64,000 bases of DNA. It comes from Squalus acanthias (Eukaryota). How positions within the stretch are numbered: position 1 is the stretch's first letter; every line of letters begins with the position of its first letter. Below, piece by piece: positions 62,404 through 64,000 of this stretch. Under the pieces are notes generated by a model that made no database searches, was not told the DNA's origin, and was given only the letters and a program-made list of their open reading frames with translations. Location: the NCBI GenBank assembly GCA_030390025.1, contig JASTWF010000345.1:62001-126000 (forward strand). The letters are read 5' to 3'. Both the position numbers and the translations under genes were made by a program.

Positions 62404-63725
62404 TGAGTGTGTCCGCTTCCACCACTTCCGTCAGCAGCGAGTTCCAGGTCCTCACCACTCGTTGCATAAAAAAGTTTTTCCTCACATCCCCCCTGTATCT
62501 CTTGCCCAAAACCTTAAATCTGTGTCCCCTAGTCTTTGTACCATCAACTAGTGAGAACAGCCTTTCCCCGTCTAGCCTATCCAAACCCGTCATAATCTTG
62601 TACACCTCTATCAAATCACCCCTCAACCTCCTTTGCTCTAATGAAAACAAATCCAGCTTCTCCAACCTGTCCTTGCAGCTAAGATCCCCCATCCCCGGAA
62701 CCATTCTGGTAAATCTCCTCTGCACCCTCTCAAGGGCCTTCACATCCTTCCTAAAGTGTGGTGACCAGAACTGGACGCAATACTCCAGTTGTGGCCTAAC
62801 CAGCGCTTTATAAAGGTTCAGCATAACTTCTCTACTTTTGTACTCAATACCTCTATTTATGAAACCCAAGATCCCATATGCTTTGTTAACCACTGGCTCA
62901 ATATGTCCTGCCACCTTCAGGGACCTATGCACATTAACTCCCAGGTCCCTCTGTCCCTGCACAAGTATAGGCAGGCAAACAGTTCAAGAGCACTGTAAAC
63001 AATATACCAGTATTAAATATTATGGCATGAGAAAAGGCAATTTGGCCAATTAAAGCTTATTCACACCGTAATCCATGCACAATTTGTACTTCCGTGGATT
63101 CCATTCAGCTCTGTCAATCTCCTGAGGGATGTAACCCACTACAGGTAAACCTCCACAAAAGATAATGCTGTAAAACTCTCACGGGTCCCTGCAGGCAGTC
63201 AATTCAAATCTGAGAATATTAATTCAATCACACCTGCTCCTTCCGGCTCTACATTCAGATCAGTAAACGTTTTCGTGGCTGTTGGTTTGGCTGCTGTTCA
63301 CCTGAGAAAACTGACTGCAGCATCCGCGGCGCCTGTTCGTAATAGGCACTCGATCCTGATTTGCATAGGCAATGGGCCTATCGCCTGTTGCAGGCGGGCA
63401 CTCTGGATGACAAGAGGGCGCTCTAACCAATATGGCTTGGGCGCATACCCAGAGCTGAATGAATGTATGCACATCATATTGGTCCCTTTCGCCTGAAAAA
63501 TGGGCGCTGCCTGATCCAATATCTAGACCAGTGAGGTCATGATCTTAGTCATGCCAGCAGAGCTGAGTAGAAGGCAAGGGTACCTTCATGGAGAGGAAAA
63601 CATGAAGGTGGAGTCACCCTAGACCACTCTTGGGCCACTCTAATCCCCTTCCACTCTTTCCCAACATTGTGTTTTCCCACAGTATTGTTCTTTATCCTTC
63701 AGTTATGCTTCTCAATAAAAACAAA

Positions 63726-63884
63726 GAGGGTAATTTTAACCTAACCGCCCGGCGGGAAACTGACAGGATCAGATCAGCCGCCCATTTTAAACCCCATCCC
63801 ATTAACTTCAGTGGAAAGTAAAATTGGACTGGGTGTGAAATGGGCAGCTGATCTGATCCCATCAGTTAGGTTAAAATGACCCCC
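63726..63884. mobile_element. Small fold-back MITE (about 160 bp)
   Basis: GGGTAATTTTAACCTAAC / GTTAGGTTAAAATGACCC plus internal inverted repeat GATCAGATCAGC / GCTGATCTGATC. Confidence 0.75.
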
Positions 63885-64000
63885 AGAGTTAATTGGCACA
63901 GCATCAACTGCTTTGGATGAAATTGATTCCACAAATACGAAGGTAACTGTATAAAGAAACTGATACCTGTGGTTTGATAATTAATTGGCAATAGAAATTT

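Larger units (their letters stand above)
60766..62960 (-). mobile_element. CR1 3' part split by a MITE (pieces 60766-60812 and 62404-62960)
   Basis: [29 protein letters not shown] in ORF 62396-62962. Confidence 0.88.

Overview
Vertebrate, most likely cartilaginous-fish (shark-like), genomic DNA; the organism call is inferred from the DeuSINE-type SINE and CR1 family style. No host gene exon can be supported. The window is a dense, nested transposon array: two near-complete two-gene PIF/Harbinger transposons (decayed DDE transposase plus convergent three-exon Myb/SANT gene), one internally deleted derivative, older Harbinger fossils and about ten Harbinger-type MITEs; many CR1 LINE copies, one full-length with an esterase ORF1 and a 41-bp 5' monomer array; Penelope (GIY-YIG) elements carrying minimal hammerhead ribozymes; an RTE fragment; and tRNA-derived SINEs. 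The most unusual element is a 3.2-kb APE-RT LINE (44138-47334, minus) with no ORF1, a tRNA-derived A/B-box head, and a sense strand almost free of TTTT Pol III terminators: a candidate autonomous, Pol III-transcribed LINE/SINE hybrid. All coordinates were read by eye and boundaries of degenerate elements are approximate.
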